DNA from: a virus | Reading direction: 5' to 3' (one strand) | DNA: 64,000 nt | IMG/VR virus record: IMGVR_UViG_3300050016_000116 | Location: 1-64,000 of that record | Shown: one piece after another, positions 18,855-28,932 of the stretch | Position numbering within the stretch: the stretch's first letter is position 1 | Layout: each line of letters opens with the position of its first letter | Made by a program: the position numbers and the translations under genes | Notes under the pieces: generated by a model | What the model was told of the DNA's origin: nothing | The model's input: the letters and a program-made list of their open reading frames with translations, nothing else | Databases searched by the model: none

Positions 18855-19139
18855 ATGCCGTACCGCAAGCCCACCCTCTCCCCGATTGTCCTTGTGGACC
18901 CCGAGAAAGCTCGGCGGTTGATCCGCAAGGCGTTCCGCGATGCGCTCTGCAAGCGCGGGGAAGCCTGCAAAGCTCTCGACTGTTCGACGTCTACGCTCCA
19001 GGGTTGGATCCGGCAGCTCGGGATGGAGCAAGAGCTTCTCGATCTGGAGGAGACTGCGAAGAAGGAGGGTTGGCACCACGGAGACGTTGGTGGACGTCCT
19101 CCCGGAAAGGTGGGGAGGCGTTTGCATGTTCCGGAGTAA
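18855..19139 (+). CDS. Small HTH-like protein
   Basis: GEACKALDCSTSTLQGWIRQLG. Confidence 0.55.
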   Translation: MPYRKPTLSPIVLVDPEKARRLIRKAFRDALCKRGEACKALDCSTSTLQGWIRQLGMEQELLDLEETAKKEGWHHGDVGGRPPGKVGRRLHVPE

Positions 19140-19629
19140 CGCAGCGATGAAGACGAAGGACCTCCTCACGAAGACCCGCACTGCTTCTGCGCATGTCGTG
19201 TACGTGCGTTCGACTGCGCGCGTGGAAGCGATCCGGGCGATCCGTGAGCTGGAGAAAGCTCTGCAAGCAGCTCTCGCCGGGGACACGATCCGAGGTCTCC
19301 CGGATGCGCTCTCGTTCCGTCACGATCCCCCGCTCCAGGCACTTCGAGTCGGCTCTGAGACCAACTGGCTCCCTCTCGACGGGAGGGAAGTCCTTCTGCT
19401 CTCTCGACGCGGTGAGCTTCTCTTCGGACGAGTGCTCGGGCAGGGACGCTATTGCACGCGCGAGGTCGGTGACGAGGAGTTGCGCGCTCAGGACCTCGAA
19501 CACGTCACCAGGACGGTGCAGCGGGCTCTGGTGACGCATCTCGCGCGGACGGAGAAGGTAGCCGCGAACTACGAGACCGCTTCGAACCTCGCGCAAACAC
19601 TGGCGAAGGCAGTGGGTTTTCGGCTGTAG
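19126..19629 (+). CDS. Hypothetical protein
   Basis: ORF with GGAGG RBS. Confidence 0.55.
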   Translation: MFRSNAAMKTKDLLTKTRTASAHVVYVRSTARVEAIRAIRELEKALQAALAGDTIRGLPDALSFRHDPPLQALRVGSETNWLPLDGREVLLLSRRGELLFGRVLGQGRYCTREVGDEELRAQDLEHVTRTVQRALVTHLARTEKVAANYETASNLAQTLAKAVGFRL

Positions 19630-19746
19630 AAAAAAGATCGTAAAAAGGTGTTGCGAAGCTTCGAGAAAGGATTATCTTCTCTCTCGACCTCACCGAACTC
19701 TCCCGAACAAGGGAGGCTCTTTCGGGGTCAGGAGGATTCGAAGATG
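19629..19746 (+). promoter_or_regulatory. Host sigma70-type (early) promoter/leader module, copy 1
   Basis: A-tracts, TTGCGA-N16-TATCTT, leader ending CAGGAGGATTCGAAGATG; homologous to 47886-47997. Confidence 0.7.
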
Positions 19747-19896
19747 ACAAAGGAGCAGAAGATTCTTGCGGCGATGCGCGCTCATTCCGATCCCGCCATT
19801 CGTGCAGCCGCGGAGAAGGTCGCGAAGGTTCCCGGTTGGAAGGCTCAGGATATGGTCGTGGTTCTCCGTGAGATGCTCGCCGCGGTGCAGTCGTGA
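19744..19896 (+). CDS. Small early protein (50 aa)
   Basis: Strong AGGAGG RBS; MTKEQKILAAMRAH. Confidence 0.65.
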   Translation: MTKEQKILAAMRAHSDPAIRAAAEKVAKVPGWKAQDMVVVLREMLAAVQS

Positions 19897-20405
19897 TCTC
19901 CCGCGGGCGCATCCGGGAGTTCCGGAACCAGGCGTACGAGGTCGGGAACCTCCTCCACGCCGCGGTCGCAGAGCTGGTGATGGATCGCAGCGCGTCCTTC
20001 CTCGACCTCACCGACAAGATGGACTCTGCGGAGCGTGCAGAGGTCCGGTCGGTCGTCGGCGGAGGGGAGACGATGAGCGAGGGTGGCAACCCCATCGGCG
20101 ACAAGCACCGCGCGATGGTCGCGGTCGAGATGTGGATCGAGGAAGAGGAAGCGGCGCGAACCGCGGGCTACGTCGTGACCTACACGACGGCTCCGAGCGA
20201 CTACGATTGGTTCGGGACCAAGGCGCTCATCGAGAACGTCGGGATGACGACGGGGGCTCACCCCAAGACGATCCGCAAGGTCCACGGACCGGCTGACCTA
20301 GTTGAGGCGCAGCGTGGTCGCTACGGCTCTGGGCTCCACATGGCCGCGGACGAGATCGAGTGGAAGAAGCTGGTGGACTACAAGCTGGTCACGGTGCTCC
20401 CGTGA
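19893..20405 (+). CDS. Hypothetical protein
   Basis: Coupled 170 aa ORF. Confidence 0.65.
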   Translation: MISRGRIREFRNQAYEVGNLLHAAVAELVMDRSASFLDLTDKMDSAERAEVRSVVGGGETMSEGGNPIGDKHRAMVAVEMWIEEEEAARTAGYVVTYTTAPSDYDWFGTKALIENVGMTTGAHPKTIRKVHGPADLVEAQRGRYGSGLHMAADEIEWKKLVDYKLVTVLP

Positions 20406-20749
20406 GCATCACCTTCTCCCCCTCGTCATTCAAAGTGCCGGAAGAGGAGATCTTCAACCTCTCGAACATGAACGCTCTCGCGTTCCTCTCCTTCCTCGGG
20501 TTCGTCGCCACCTACGAGGGGCAGGAGACCATCCCGACCATCCGGCAGAAGATCATGGTTACTCGCGCGACCATGGACACACGGGTCAGGAAGTTCACGC
20601 GCCCGTCCACCGACACGCAGCGACCCTGGCAGTGCAGGGTCATCGATCAGGGGATCGACAACGAATACTTCGAGCGCCGTCTCAACCACTTCGCGAAACT
20701 TGTGGAGGCTTGGGCAAAGCTGGGCGCTACGCACATCTCTTGGGGTTGA
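20402..20749 (+). CDS. Hypothetical protein
   Basis: GTGA coupling; FNLSNMNALAFLSFLG...ISWG. Confidence 0.6.
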   Translation: MSITFSPSSFKVPEEEIFNLSNMNALAFLSFLGFVATYEGQETIPTIRQKIMVTRATMDTRVRKFTRPSTDTQRPWQCRVIDQGIDNEYFERRLNHFAKLVEAWAKLGATHISWG

Positions 20750-20835
20750 GGTTCTAGGGAACTCGACTTCGTGATTGGTTTCGGTTTACTACTCTCCTCC
20801 CGGGCTGCGGCCCACTACTCGAAAGGTTCCAAGTC

Positions 20836-22005
20836 ATGCTCCACCACCATTCCCAGGCAGACTACAAGACCACCGTGTCCGAGGCAGCGCGCCTTGCCCG
20901 CACGATGATGGAGAAGAAGATCGAGACGGGCCGCGCCAGTGCCGGCGCTCTCCTCGAACACGTGAACACGTGCATGCCCACCGACGTCGTGGCGCGCGGT
21001 TCCGCGATGCAGTTCACCATGGGGGAGAAGGGACTCTCCCTCGGGTTGAAGTCGGTCAACGAGGACCCTTACTCGATCCACGGGCACGCTCTTTCGCAGC
21101 TCGCAGCCACGGCTCACATCCCCCTCGCGTACCTGCGTTCGAACCTCGACAGCACCTCCACCGCCCGGAAGGACCTCGCGATCCGCATCCTCAACGACCA
21201 CTACGCCAAGCCCGGCTTCTACGTCGCGAAGGAGGACGAGAAGGATCTCTCTCGCTCACGCTTCCTGGTGCGCTCGGTCCACGGTCAGACCCGCGCAGTG
21301 CTCTCCGACCGCTATCGCCGGCTGGACTCTCGCCCCCTCGTGGAGGCATTCGCCGAGTCCTGCCAGGCTCTCGGTGCAGTTCCGGTCGAAGGGGTCGTCA
21401 CCGACACGCGCGTTGCGCTGAAGGCGTTCCTCCCCATGGTCTTCGAGCCGGTCGAAGGGGAGGTCATGTGCCTCGGAGTCGAGTGGAGCAACTCCGACTT
21501 CGGTGCAGGCAAGCACGGGCTGCGCGCCTTCATCTACCGTCTCTGGTGCTCCAACGGGGCGTGCATGGAGGACATGCTCTCTCAGGTCCACTTCGGCGGT
21601 CGCCTGGCCGATGACATCGAGTTCTCGGATCGCACCTTCCGACTCGACACGCAGGCGCAGGTTTCGGCGCTGAAGGACATCGTCTACGCAGCTCTCGCCC
21701 CGAAGGGCGTCAACACCCTCCTCGCCACCATCAAGTCGGCGGACGAGCAGGAGATCGAGTGGAGGAAGATCTCCACCGTCCTTGGCAAGAAGCTCCTGAA
21801 GGACGAGATGAAGCTGGTCCGGGATGCCTTCGAGTCCGACGACGTCATCAACCTCCCTGCTAAGAAGAGCATCTGGCGCGCGAGCAATGCGGTCTCGTGG
21901 ATCGCGGGCAAGGTGGAGGACCAGGACCGGAGGTTGGAGCTTCAGCGCTTCGCCGGTCAGGTCATTCACGGGAAGAACGAGCAGGCTGACGAGGTTGCGG
22001 CCTAG
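20836..22005 (+). CDS. DUF932-like protein
   Basis: RAVLSDRYRRLD and WSNSDFGAG..FIYRLWCSNG motifs. Confidence 0.7.
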   Translation: MLHHHSQADYKTTVSEAARLARTMMEKKIETGRASAGALLEHVNTCMPTDVVARGSAMQFTMGEKGLSLGLKSVNEDPYSIHGHALSQLAATAHIPLAYLRSNLDSTSTARKDLAIRILNDHYAKPGFYVAKEDEKDLSRSRFLVRSVHGQTRAVLSDRYRRLDSRPLVEAFAESCQALGAVPVEGVVTDTRVALKAFLPMVFEPVEGEVMCLGVEWSNSDFGAGKHGLRAFIYRLWCSNGACMEDMLSQVHFGGRLADDIEFSDRTFRLDTQAQVSALKDIVYAALAPKGVNTLLATIKSADEQEIEWRKISTVLGKKLLKDEMKLVRDAFESDDVINLPAKKSIWRASNAVSWIAGKVEDQDRRLELQRFAGQVIHGKNEQADEVAA

Positions 22006-22095
22006 CGGCTCTCCGGGGGGAGGGTCAGGGGGAGACTTGGGTTGGACACCCGGGCTCTTCCTGACCCCCTTCCTGGCCCGGGAAACCCCACCCTC

Positions 22096-22758
22096 ATGCA
22101 GACCATCGACGACTACTTCACTGCGCTTCGGACGGGCACCATCGACGCGCAGACCTTCTTTCAGGGCACTGATTCTCTCTGGCTACGTCTGTCCCGCTAC
22201 CTCCTCCGGCGCTTCAAGAGCCCGGTGTGGGTTACGGAGGATGAGTTGGCCCAGGACCTCCGGATGGGCGCCTGGAAAGCCGTCTGGGACTACGAGGAGA
22301 CGATGAGCAACGGTCGGTCGCTCGCGCGGTACGCAGAGTGGCATGCGGTCGACAAGGCGAAGAAGCGCCTGCACAAGTACCGAGGCGCGAAGCTCTCGGG
22401 CAACGCAGACGCCAACCCTTCGCGGTTCGAGACTCCCCTGTCTGCACTCGGGGATGACGAGACCACGATGGAGTGGCTGGAGGGGCTGGCGGTCACTGCG
22501 GCCACCCAGCTCGAAGACTGCGCCCGGTCAGAGCTTCTCCGGCGCATCGACAAGGTGTTCAACAACGACGGAGCACGGTACGTCGCTCGTCTCCTTCTCG
22601 ACAATGGGGGGAACGTGGAGGAGACCGCGATCGGGGTGTTCCAGGATGAGGTGGCGATGCGCCGTTGCAGGTTGACGCAACGGGAGCCACGCGAGGTCGG
22701 GAGGTTCGTGGCTACTACCGCGGTGGCGGTGGCCGTGTTGCTACAGGAGAGCGCCTAG
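22096..22758 (+). CDS. Sigma-factor-like protein (sigma70 region-2-like)
   Basis: EDELAQDLRMGAWKAVWDY....SLARYAEWHAVDKAKKRL resembles sigma region 2. Confidence 0.6.
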   Translation: MQTIDDYFTALRTGTIDAQTFFQGTDSLWLRLSRYLLRRFKSPVWVTEDELAQDLRMGAWKAVWDYEETMSNGRSLARYAEWHAVDKAKKRLHKYRGAKLSGNADANPSRFETPLSALGDDETTMEWLEGLAVTAATQLEDCARSELLRRIDKVFNNDGARYVARLLLDNGGNVEETAIGVFQDEVAMRRCRLTQREPREVGRFVATTAVAVAVLLQESA

Positions 22759-22775
22759 AGCGCTGGAGAGACGTC

Positions 22776-24020
22776 ATGACAACGACAGTGGACGCAACGA
22801 AGAAGGGCCCCGGAGTGAAGAAGGCAGCAGGTGGACGAGCGAACGGCATCACGGGCATCCTGGTGGAGTGCTTGAACCGCGCGCTCATCCTGAAGGCGCT
22901 CATCGCCCGGGGCATCATCGACAAGGACGACGTGGACGATGGCGACACGACCACGGAGACACTTTCGGTCCAGCTCTGGTCCGACATCACCGAGAAAACG
23001 GTGCTCAAGGATCAATGTCGTTGCAAACAGTGCAGGGGCATCGGATCGTACGCAGACGACTTGTGCCCCTACTGCGGGCACGACACGGCAGAAGACGTAG
23101 ACGCATCACCCGCAACTCCCGAGGCGCCTGCTGCGAAAGCAGCGGGGGAAGAGAAACCCATGAAGATGAGCGAGACCACCGAGATGAAGAAGGACAAGCC
23201 GGCGAAGGAGAAGACGAACGGCGCTGCTGCGAAGGCAGACACCGGCAGCGCGGCGATCGTCAAGGACGACACGAAGACGTCCAGCATGACGTTCACGGAG
23301 CGCGATCTCGACACCGCGATCCGCGACATCCAGGCCCTCAAGGGAGCCGGCGCAGTCTCGATGTACCTCCTGGGCAAGCGGCTCTCCGAGGTCCACGCGG
23401 GCATCTGGAAGCTGCGCACGGAGAAGGACGACAAGGGCAAGGAGAAGCCCAAGTACAAGACTTTCGAGGCGTTTTGCACGGCGGAGATCGGGATGACCCC
23501 CGCCAACGCCTACTCCCTCATGGACGTCTCCACGCACTACTCCGAGGAGCAAGTGCGCGCCTGGGGGACCTCCAAGCTGGATCTCGTGCTCAAGGCCCCG
23601 GTGGAGAACCGCAAGGAGCTGGAGGAGAAGATTGCCAAGGGTGCTTCGCACCGCGAGATCAAGGAGGAGGTGCAGAAGATCAAGAAGAAGACGGGCCACG
23701 TACGTGAGACCCGCTCTGCCTCCGGTCGCGGCGGCAAGCGCTCCGCGGCTGCAACGAAGCCGTCGAAGAAGGCAGCGATCACGGTCGCCAACCTCATCGG
23801 CACTGCGACGGTGAAGCTGTTCCGCAAGCCCCCCAGCATCACCGGCATCACCCCCGAGAAGATCGACGGGCTCCCCCGCGCCAAGAAGGTGGGTGACACC
23901 CCCTTCGGCTACGAAGAGCTGCCCAACGGGGTCATCCGCTACTACACCCTCGATTCGACCCCCGGAGGAGAGCTGTTCATCCGGATCGTGACGAAGCACG
24001 CGGAGGAGACCGAGGAGTAG
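22776..24020 (+). CDS. Lys-rich DNA-binding protein (Zn ribbon + DUF3102-like region)
   Basis: CKQC..CPYC; YLLGKRLSEV..YKTFEAFCTAEIGMTPANAYSLM. Confidence 0.6.
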   Translation: MTTTVDATKKGPGVKKAAGGRANGITGILVECLNRALILKALIARGIIDKDDVDDGDTTTETLSVQLWSDITEKTVLKDQCRCKQCRGIGSYADDLCPYCGHDTAEDVDASPATPEAPAAKAAGEEKPMKMSETTEMKKDKPAKEKTNGAAAKADTGSAAIVKDDTKTSSMTFTERDLDTAIRDIQALKGAGAVSMYLLGKRLSEVHAGIWKLRTEKDDKGKEKPKYKTFEAFCTAEIGMTPANAYSLMDVSTHYSEEQVRAWGTSKLDLVLKAPVENRKELEEKIAKGASHREIKEEVQKIKKKTGHVRETRSASGRGGKRSAAATKPSKKAAITVANLIGTATVKLFRKPPSITGITPEKIDGLPRAKKVGDTPFGYEELPNGVIRYYTLDSTPGGELFIRIVTKHAEETEE

Positions 24021-24031
24021 AACACACGAGA

Positions 24032-24053
24032 GGGCGAACCTTCGGGTTCGCCC
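24032..24053 (+). terminator. GC hairpin with TTCG loop, probable terminator
   Basis: GGGCGAACC-TTCG-GGTTCGCCC followed by GTCTTGTT. Confidence 0.55.
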
Positions 24054-24179
24054 GTCTTGTTCAGCCTACGTCGCTCGGGGCTGCGTTCGGGGTTTTTGCC
24101 GGCGCGGACGATAAAACGACAGGAGGCGAGGAGCCCTGCACCCCGATCCCACCGGGAGGACGTAGGCTGAACAAGACGG
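24052..24179. repeat. 21-bp perfect inverted repeat enclosing 86 bp
   Basis: CCGTCTTGTTCAGCCTACGTC (24052-24072) / GACGTAGGCTGAACAAGACGG (24159-24179). Confidence 0.9.
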
Positions 24180-24191
24180 CACTCTCTGCGC

Positions 24192-26555
24192 ATGGAGCTA
24201 CTCAACGCGTATCTGGTCAACGACCATTCGATCGCTACCGTCACCAGGGATGAGACCGGGAGAAGAGTCCTGCGTCACGTTCCTGCGGAGTGGGTGGCTT
24301 TCTTCCTAGGGACGGATGTGGACGAGGATCTGCGGAGACAGCTCCGCACCAGCGTCTATGTCTCGGGGGTGCGGGACGAGAAAGGGGGTTGGGTTCGTGT
24401 TGCCTTCGTCAACAAGGTGGCGCGCGAGGACTTCTGCCTGGGCAGGCGCTCCTTCGTCTCCCAGCTCGGTCTGAAGACCTACGAGGCAGACGTCTCTCCC
24501 GTCATCCGGTGGATGGTCGACCATGACGTGAAGGTCGCGAAGCCGCGCCGCGCGTACCTTGATCTTGAAACAGACTCCCGTGTCCCTTTCTCGAAGAAGG
24601 AGCAGATGCGAGTCCTCTGCTTCGCAATCGAGGATGAGGACGAGACAGTCCAAGCCGGGATCCTGGAGGAGAACACCGACCGCAGTGAGAAGCAGCTCCT
24701 AGACCGGCTCTGGCGAGCGCTACAGCCCTACGACCAAGTGCTTGCGTGGAACGGGGATGGGTTCGACTTCCCGGTGCTCTTCGCGAGGTCTGCGGATCGA
24801 GGGGTGGATGTTGACGCGCGGATGTGGCTTTGGCTCGACCATCTGGAGCTGTACGCGCGCATGAACAAGAACGCTTCCGAGTCCGCGGAAGAGAAGCGAT
24901 CGATGCGTCTCAATGACATCGCGTTCGCAGAGCTGAAGATGGGCAAGGAGGAAACACCCGACTTTGTTGTGGAGAGGTTCGGGGCGAAGGGACTCGGAGC
25001 GCTCTCCTGGCAGCTCTGGGAAGCGGGTGGGGACTTCTCCGATGCACTCGAACGGTACAACTACCGGGACACCGATCTGCTCCGGCGCATCGAGAAGAAG
25101 ACGGGCTATGTGGGGGTCTTCGACGCGCTCTGCGAGGCGTGTGGGATCTTCGGGGACACGAACGGGCTGAACCCGACACACCAGGTTGACGGCTTCCTCT
25201 TCCGCCTTGGGAAAGAGCGGGGGATGCACTTCGCAACGAAGAGCTTCTACGAGGGGTCGGAGAAGTTCAAAGGTGCGTTCGTCATGGAGCCGAAGGTGAA
25301 CGGCATCATGCGTGACGTCCACGTGTGCGACTTCAAGAGCCTCTACCCGAGCATCATCCTCACGTGGAACATGAGTCCGGAGACGAAGAGGACGGGAGGC
25401 GCGGGAGCCTCGGACACCATCTCGTTCTCCCCCCTCACCAACGTCTACTTCTCCACGGTCGATGAAGGGATCCTCCCCGAAGCTCTTCGGGAGATGATCC
25501 GACTTCGCAAGCAGTGGAGCGACATCAAGAGTCAGTGCGCCCCGGGAACTCCCGAGTGGCACGACGCGAACCGGAAGAGCATGGCCTACAAGGTCGCTGC
25601 CAACTCATTCTACGGCGTGGTCGGGTCTCCTTTCTCCCGGTTCTTCGACCGTCAGGTGGCTGAGTCCTGCACGCAATGCGGAGTGTGGCTCATCAGGAAG
25701 ACGATCGAGATGGTGGAGGATCAGGGGTGGAGCGCGATCTACGGCGACACCGACTCCGTTTTTGTGACGGGCTGCACCGAGGATGAGTTCAGGCACTTCA
25801 CGGAGTGGTGCAATGAGAATCTCTACCCGGAGTTGCTCCAGGGCGTAGGGTGCAAGGAGAACCACATCAAGCTCGCATACGAGAAGCAGTTTGACCGGCT
25901 CGTGATGACCTCGGCCAAGCGTTACATCGCGAGCTACGTTCACGCAGACGGGAAGCGTGCGACGAAGGACTCCAAGCCGGAGATCAAGGGGCTGGAGTTC
26001 AAGCGCGGGGACACCGCGATCCTCGCAACGAACCTACAAGCGGAAGTCATCGACCTTCTCGTAGGAGGGCTCCACTTCAACGACCTTGGGCCTACGGAAG
26101 ATCTCGCCCACTACCACGACGCGCTAGCGCGTGTTCGCTCCCACGTCCTCACCGACACGTTGCCCGTGGAAGAGATCCGCATATCCAAGCAGCTCACGAA
26201 GCCGATCCGCGAGTACGTGAAGAAGCTCAAGAAGGATGGGAACGAAGCGGCGCAGCCGGCGCACGTTCAGGTGGCGAAGATCCTGGAGAAGCGCGGGGAA
26301 GCGGTCGGAGAGGGGACGCGCATCGAGTACATCGTGGCGGACGGGGCAGCGAAGCCTGCGAAGAACATCCCCACGAGCGACTACACGGGTGTCGAGGTCG
26401 ACCGCTACCACCTCTGGGAGAACTTGGTGTTTCCTGCGACCGAGCGGCTGCTACAGGCAGCGTTCCCGACCCACGATTGGGATTCGTGGGGGAAGGTTCG
26501 CCCGAAGAAGGAACGGGCAGCGCGGAAGACGAAGCAGACGGCACTCCTTGGGTGA
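24192..26555 (+). CDS. polB: DNA polymerase family B
   Basis: ExoI DLETD, ExoII WNGDGFD, ExoIII YNYRD; DFKSLYPS; KVAANSFYG; YGDTDS. Confidence 0.95.
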   Translation: MELLNAYLVNDHSIATVTRDETGRRVLRHVPAEWVAFFLGTDVDEDLRRQLRTSVYVSGVRDEKGGWVRVAFVNKVAREDFCLGRRSFVSQLGLKTYEADVSPVIRWMVDHDVKVAKPRRAYLDLETDSRVPFSKKEQMRVLCFAIEDEDETVQAGILEENTDRSEKQLLDRLWRALQPYDQVLAWNGDGFDFPVLFARSADRGVDVDARMWLWLDHLELYARMNKNASESAEEKRSMRLNDIAFAELKMGKEETPDFVVERFGAKGLGALSWQLWEAGGDFSDALERYNYRDTDLLRRIEKKTGYVGVFDALCEACGIFGDTNGLNPTHQVDGFLFRLGKERGMHFATKSFYEGSEKFKGAFVMEPKVNGIMRDVHVCDFKSLYPSIILTWNMSPETKRTGGAGASDTISFSPLTNVYFSTVDEGILPEALREMIRLRKQWSDIKSQCAPGTPEWHDANRKSMAYKVAANSFYGVVGSPFSRFFDRQVAESCTQCGVWLIRKTIEMVEDQGWSAIYGDTDSVFVTGCTEDEFRHFTEWCNENLYPELLQGVGCKENHIKLAYEKQFDRLVMTSAKRYIASYVHADGKRATKDSKPEIKGLEFKRGDTAILATNLQAEVIDLLVGGLHFNDLGPTEDLAHYHDALARVRSHVLTDTLPVEEIRISKQLTKPIREYVKKLKKDGNEAAQPAHVQVAKILEKRGEAVGEGTRIEYIVADGAAKPAKNIPTSDYTGVEVDRYHLWENLVFPATERLLQAAFPTHDWDSWGKVRPKKERAARKTKQTALLG

Positions 26556-26577
26556 TTCGAAAAGCGCTTTTCGAATC
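26554..26577. repeat. Perfect 24-bp palindrome, 7 nt after ACGGCACTC (26538)
   Basis: GATTCGAAAAGCGCTTTTCGAATC overlapping the polB stop. Confidence 0.95.
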
Positions 26578-26589
26578 TCTGGAGGTCCG

Positions 26590-27279
26590 ATGCGACGAAG
26601 AAGTGAAGCAGCAGATAAGAGTGATGAACCGAAGGATGCGCGCAGCGATATGCGCGAGCACACGACTCCCGAACCCGAGAAGAACATCGCAGACAAGTTG
26701 AACGAGAAGCTGGAGGGGAAGACCCTGAAGGAGGAGATGGACAAGAACGCTCCCCAGCGGCGTGACCATGTGGAGTTCGAACGTGCGAACAAGCGGGCTC
26801 CTGCACCCCTGCACGAGGGGTTCGAGAAGATCGTGGAGACCCTCTTCGTGGAGAAGCCGTTCGAGGTCTACCAGAAGCTCGAAGCGGCTCTCAAGGTCGG
26901 TGACGACCGCGGTGAGCACTCAGCGCTCAACCGCTCCCTCGACAACGCGGAGAGCAACGCGCGTCTCGCTCACCGTCTCTGGATGACCGCCAAGGTCGAG
27001 CGGGAGAGGTGGGAGATCGAGAATGGGATCATCTTCGGGGCGATGAAGCACGAGGCGTCCAAGACCCTTCAGCGGGAGAAAGACCAAGGGCTGCGTTCGA
27101 AGCAGATCACCGATGCTGACGTCGAGACGATGTGCGCCGTCATCTTCCCGGACGAGTACAAGGCGCAGGAGGTGAAGCGGAAGAAGGTGAAGGCAGTGGA
27201 GGAGTCCATGGCCAACCTCACGGAGATGTGGATCTCTCGATGCCGCTCGCTCAACGCGATGCTCTCCAAGTCGCGATGA
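26590..27279 (+). CDS. Helical hypothetical protein (possible recombination mediator)
   Basis: GGAGG RBS; MRRRSEA start; coiled-coil with KQITDADVE; between polB and the SSB/recA genes. Confidence 0.65.
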   Translation: MRRRSEAADKSDEPKDARSDMREHTTPEPEKNIADKLNEKLEGKTLKEEMDKNAPQRRDHVEFERANKRAPAPLHEGFEKIVETLFVEKPFEVYQKLEAALKVGDDRGEHSALNRSLDNAESNARLAHRLWMTAKVERERWEIENGIIFGAMKHEASKTLQREKDQGLRSKQITDADVETMCAVIFPDEYKAQEVKRKKVKAVEESMANLTEMWISRCRSLNAMLSKSR

Positions 27280-27578
27280 TCGTCCATGGGACGGTTGTTC
27301 TGACGGTCGAGATCGTCTGCACTTCCTGCATGCGCACACTCACCCTGTCGAAGTCCCCACCTCCCGATTCTCTCTTCACCGGCAACAACACGCAGCAAGC
27401 GTCCTACTGGTACCGAGGGATGGTGATGTCGATCGAGGGAGACGCGAAACGACGGGAGTGGGGAGTAGTTGGGGACTCACACGATTCGCAGCAGAACGAG
27501 TGCTCATGGTGCAGGCATAGGAGGACTGATCCCTCAATCGGAGATGCACCGATTGACCCGCCAATCCCGAGAACGTGA
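27276..27578 (+). CDS. Hypothetical Cys-containing protein
   Basis: ATGA coupling; CTSC..CSWC. Confidence 0.5.
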   Translation: MIVHGTVVLTVEIVCTSCMRTLTLSKSPPPDSLFTGNNTQQASYWYRGMVMSIEGDAKRREWGVVGDSHDSQQNECSWCRHRRTDPSIGDAPIDPPIPRT

Positions 27579-27615
27579 CGGCACTCCCCTCTTCAGAGAC
27601 CACGAAGGAGCGAAC

Positions 27616-28932
27616 ATGAGTCGAGCGATGGTTCCCAACAGCGTAGATGCGTTCCTGAAGCACCGGACCACGGAGCGGTCTGGAGGACGTCTGAAGTGGA
27701 AGGACAACACTCCTCCCCGAGTCGACGTGTGGATGCACAAGTTGGTCATCCCCATCGCGCTCTGGTCCCACCCGTTCCCGCGGCTCGTGGTGCGGGAGAA
27801 CAAGAAGGAGGACACGTCCAAGACGGAGGTGTGGGGAGGGGATCTGAACTGCCGGGAGGACGAAGCGATTCTCATCCGCCAGTACAAGCGCAACGATGAC
27901 GGTTCGCGGCGTGCTCCTCCGAAGTCGTGTCCGCAGTGCAAGCTGGTGGAGACGGTTCGGGAGATGATCGAGGAGGGCCAGTTGGACTGGACCAAGGTGA
28001 TCTTTCGGTTCGACGGAGACGAGGACCGACGCGTCATCCACGCGGGAGGTCTCTGCGGGCTGTTCGACGATCGCGACAACGACATGAGCGATGAGGCGAA
28101 GGAACAGCTTCGCGAAGCCGGCATCAAGCTCGGCGGCAAGGAGGGAGCGTGGCGCGAGAAGGGCATGGCGAAGTGCGCCTACGTCTTCGCCGTCGTGGAC
28201 AACGACGATCCCGGAGCTGGCATCCAGATCACGACCGAGGCGCAGATGCTCGGGGACCGGGTGAAGGATGTCATCAACGACACCATCGAGAGCCTGGAGG
28301 ATCCGGTGGCTGGCAACCCCTTCCTCTCGCCCTACGCGGTCCGGTGGGAGTTCAATGACGCGAAGGGGATCCCCTGGGACAAGATGTACAAGGCGCGGCG
28401 GATGGAGAAGATCGTTCTCACTCCCGAGATCGAGAAGCTCATCTCTTCGCCACGCCCGGACCTTTCCCACGTCACGGAGTTGCCGAACCTCAAGAGCATG
28501 CGCGCGACGCTGGAGAAGCACTGCACGCTGAAGGAGATGCCCTGGGACCACATCTTCGACGTGCAGGTAGACGAGGAAGAGAACAAGGACGACTTCCCTC
28601 CGAAGGAGGAGAAGAAGCCACGCGGGCGCATCCCGGAGGTCTCCACGAAGGAGAAGGAAGAGAAGCCGAAACGCGCTCAGCCCAAGCCTCCCGCATCCGA
28701 GCCGGAGATCGACAACAACGCGCCGGCAGACGTGGACCCTGACAGCGACGACTGCCCGATCTGCAAGGACCAGTCGAAGTGCCCGCACATCGGGTGTGAC
28801 GACTGCAACCAGCCCATCCTCCCCACCGACGCGAAGTGTAAGCACTGCGGGCACGTCTACCGCGTTGAACCCGAGGAGCAGGCACCCAAGGGTCGGAAGC
28901 GGGCGCGCGAGACCGGCGACAAGGTGGACTGA
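27616..28932 (+). CDS. Putative single-stranded DNA-binding protein (gp32-like) with C-terminal Zn ribbons
   Basis: CPQC, YVFAVVD, GNPF.. core, acidic tail; immediately upstream of recA. Confidence 0.5.
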   Translation: MSRAMVPNSVDAFLKHRTTERSGGRLKWKDNTPPRVDVWMHKLVIPIALWSHPFPRLVVRENKKEDTSKTEVWGGDLNCREDEAILIRQYKRNDDGSRRAPPKSCPQCKLVETVREMIEEGQLDWTKVIFRFDGDEDRRVIHAGGLCGLFDDRDNDMSDEAKEQLREAGIKLGGKEGAWREKGMAKCAYVFAVVDNDDPGAGIQITTEAQMLGDRVKDVINDTIESLEDPVAGNPFLSPYAVRWEFNDAKGIPWDKMYKARRMEKIVLTPEIEKLISSPRPDLSHVTELPNLKSMRATLEKHCTLKEMPWDHIFDVQVDEEENKDDFPPKEEKKPRGRIPEVSTKEKEEKPKRAQPKPPASEPEIDNNAPADVDPDSDDCPICKDQSKCPHIGCDDCNQPILPTDAKCKHCGHVYRVEPEEQAPKGRKRARETGDKVD

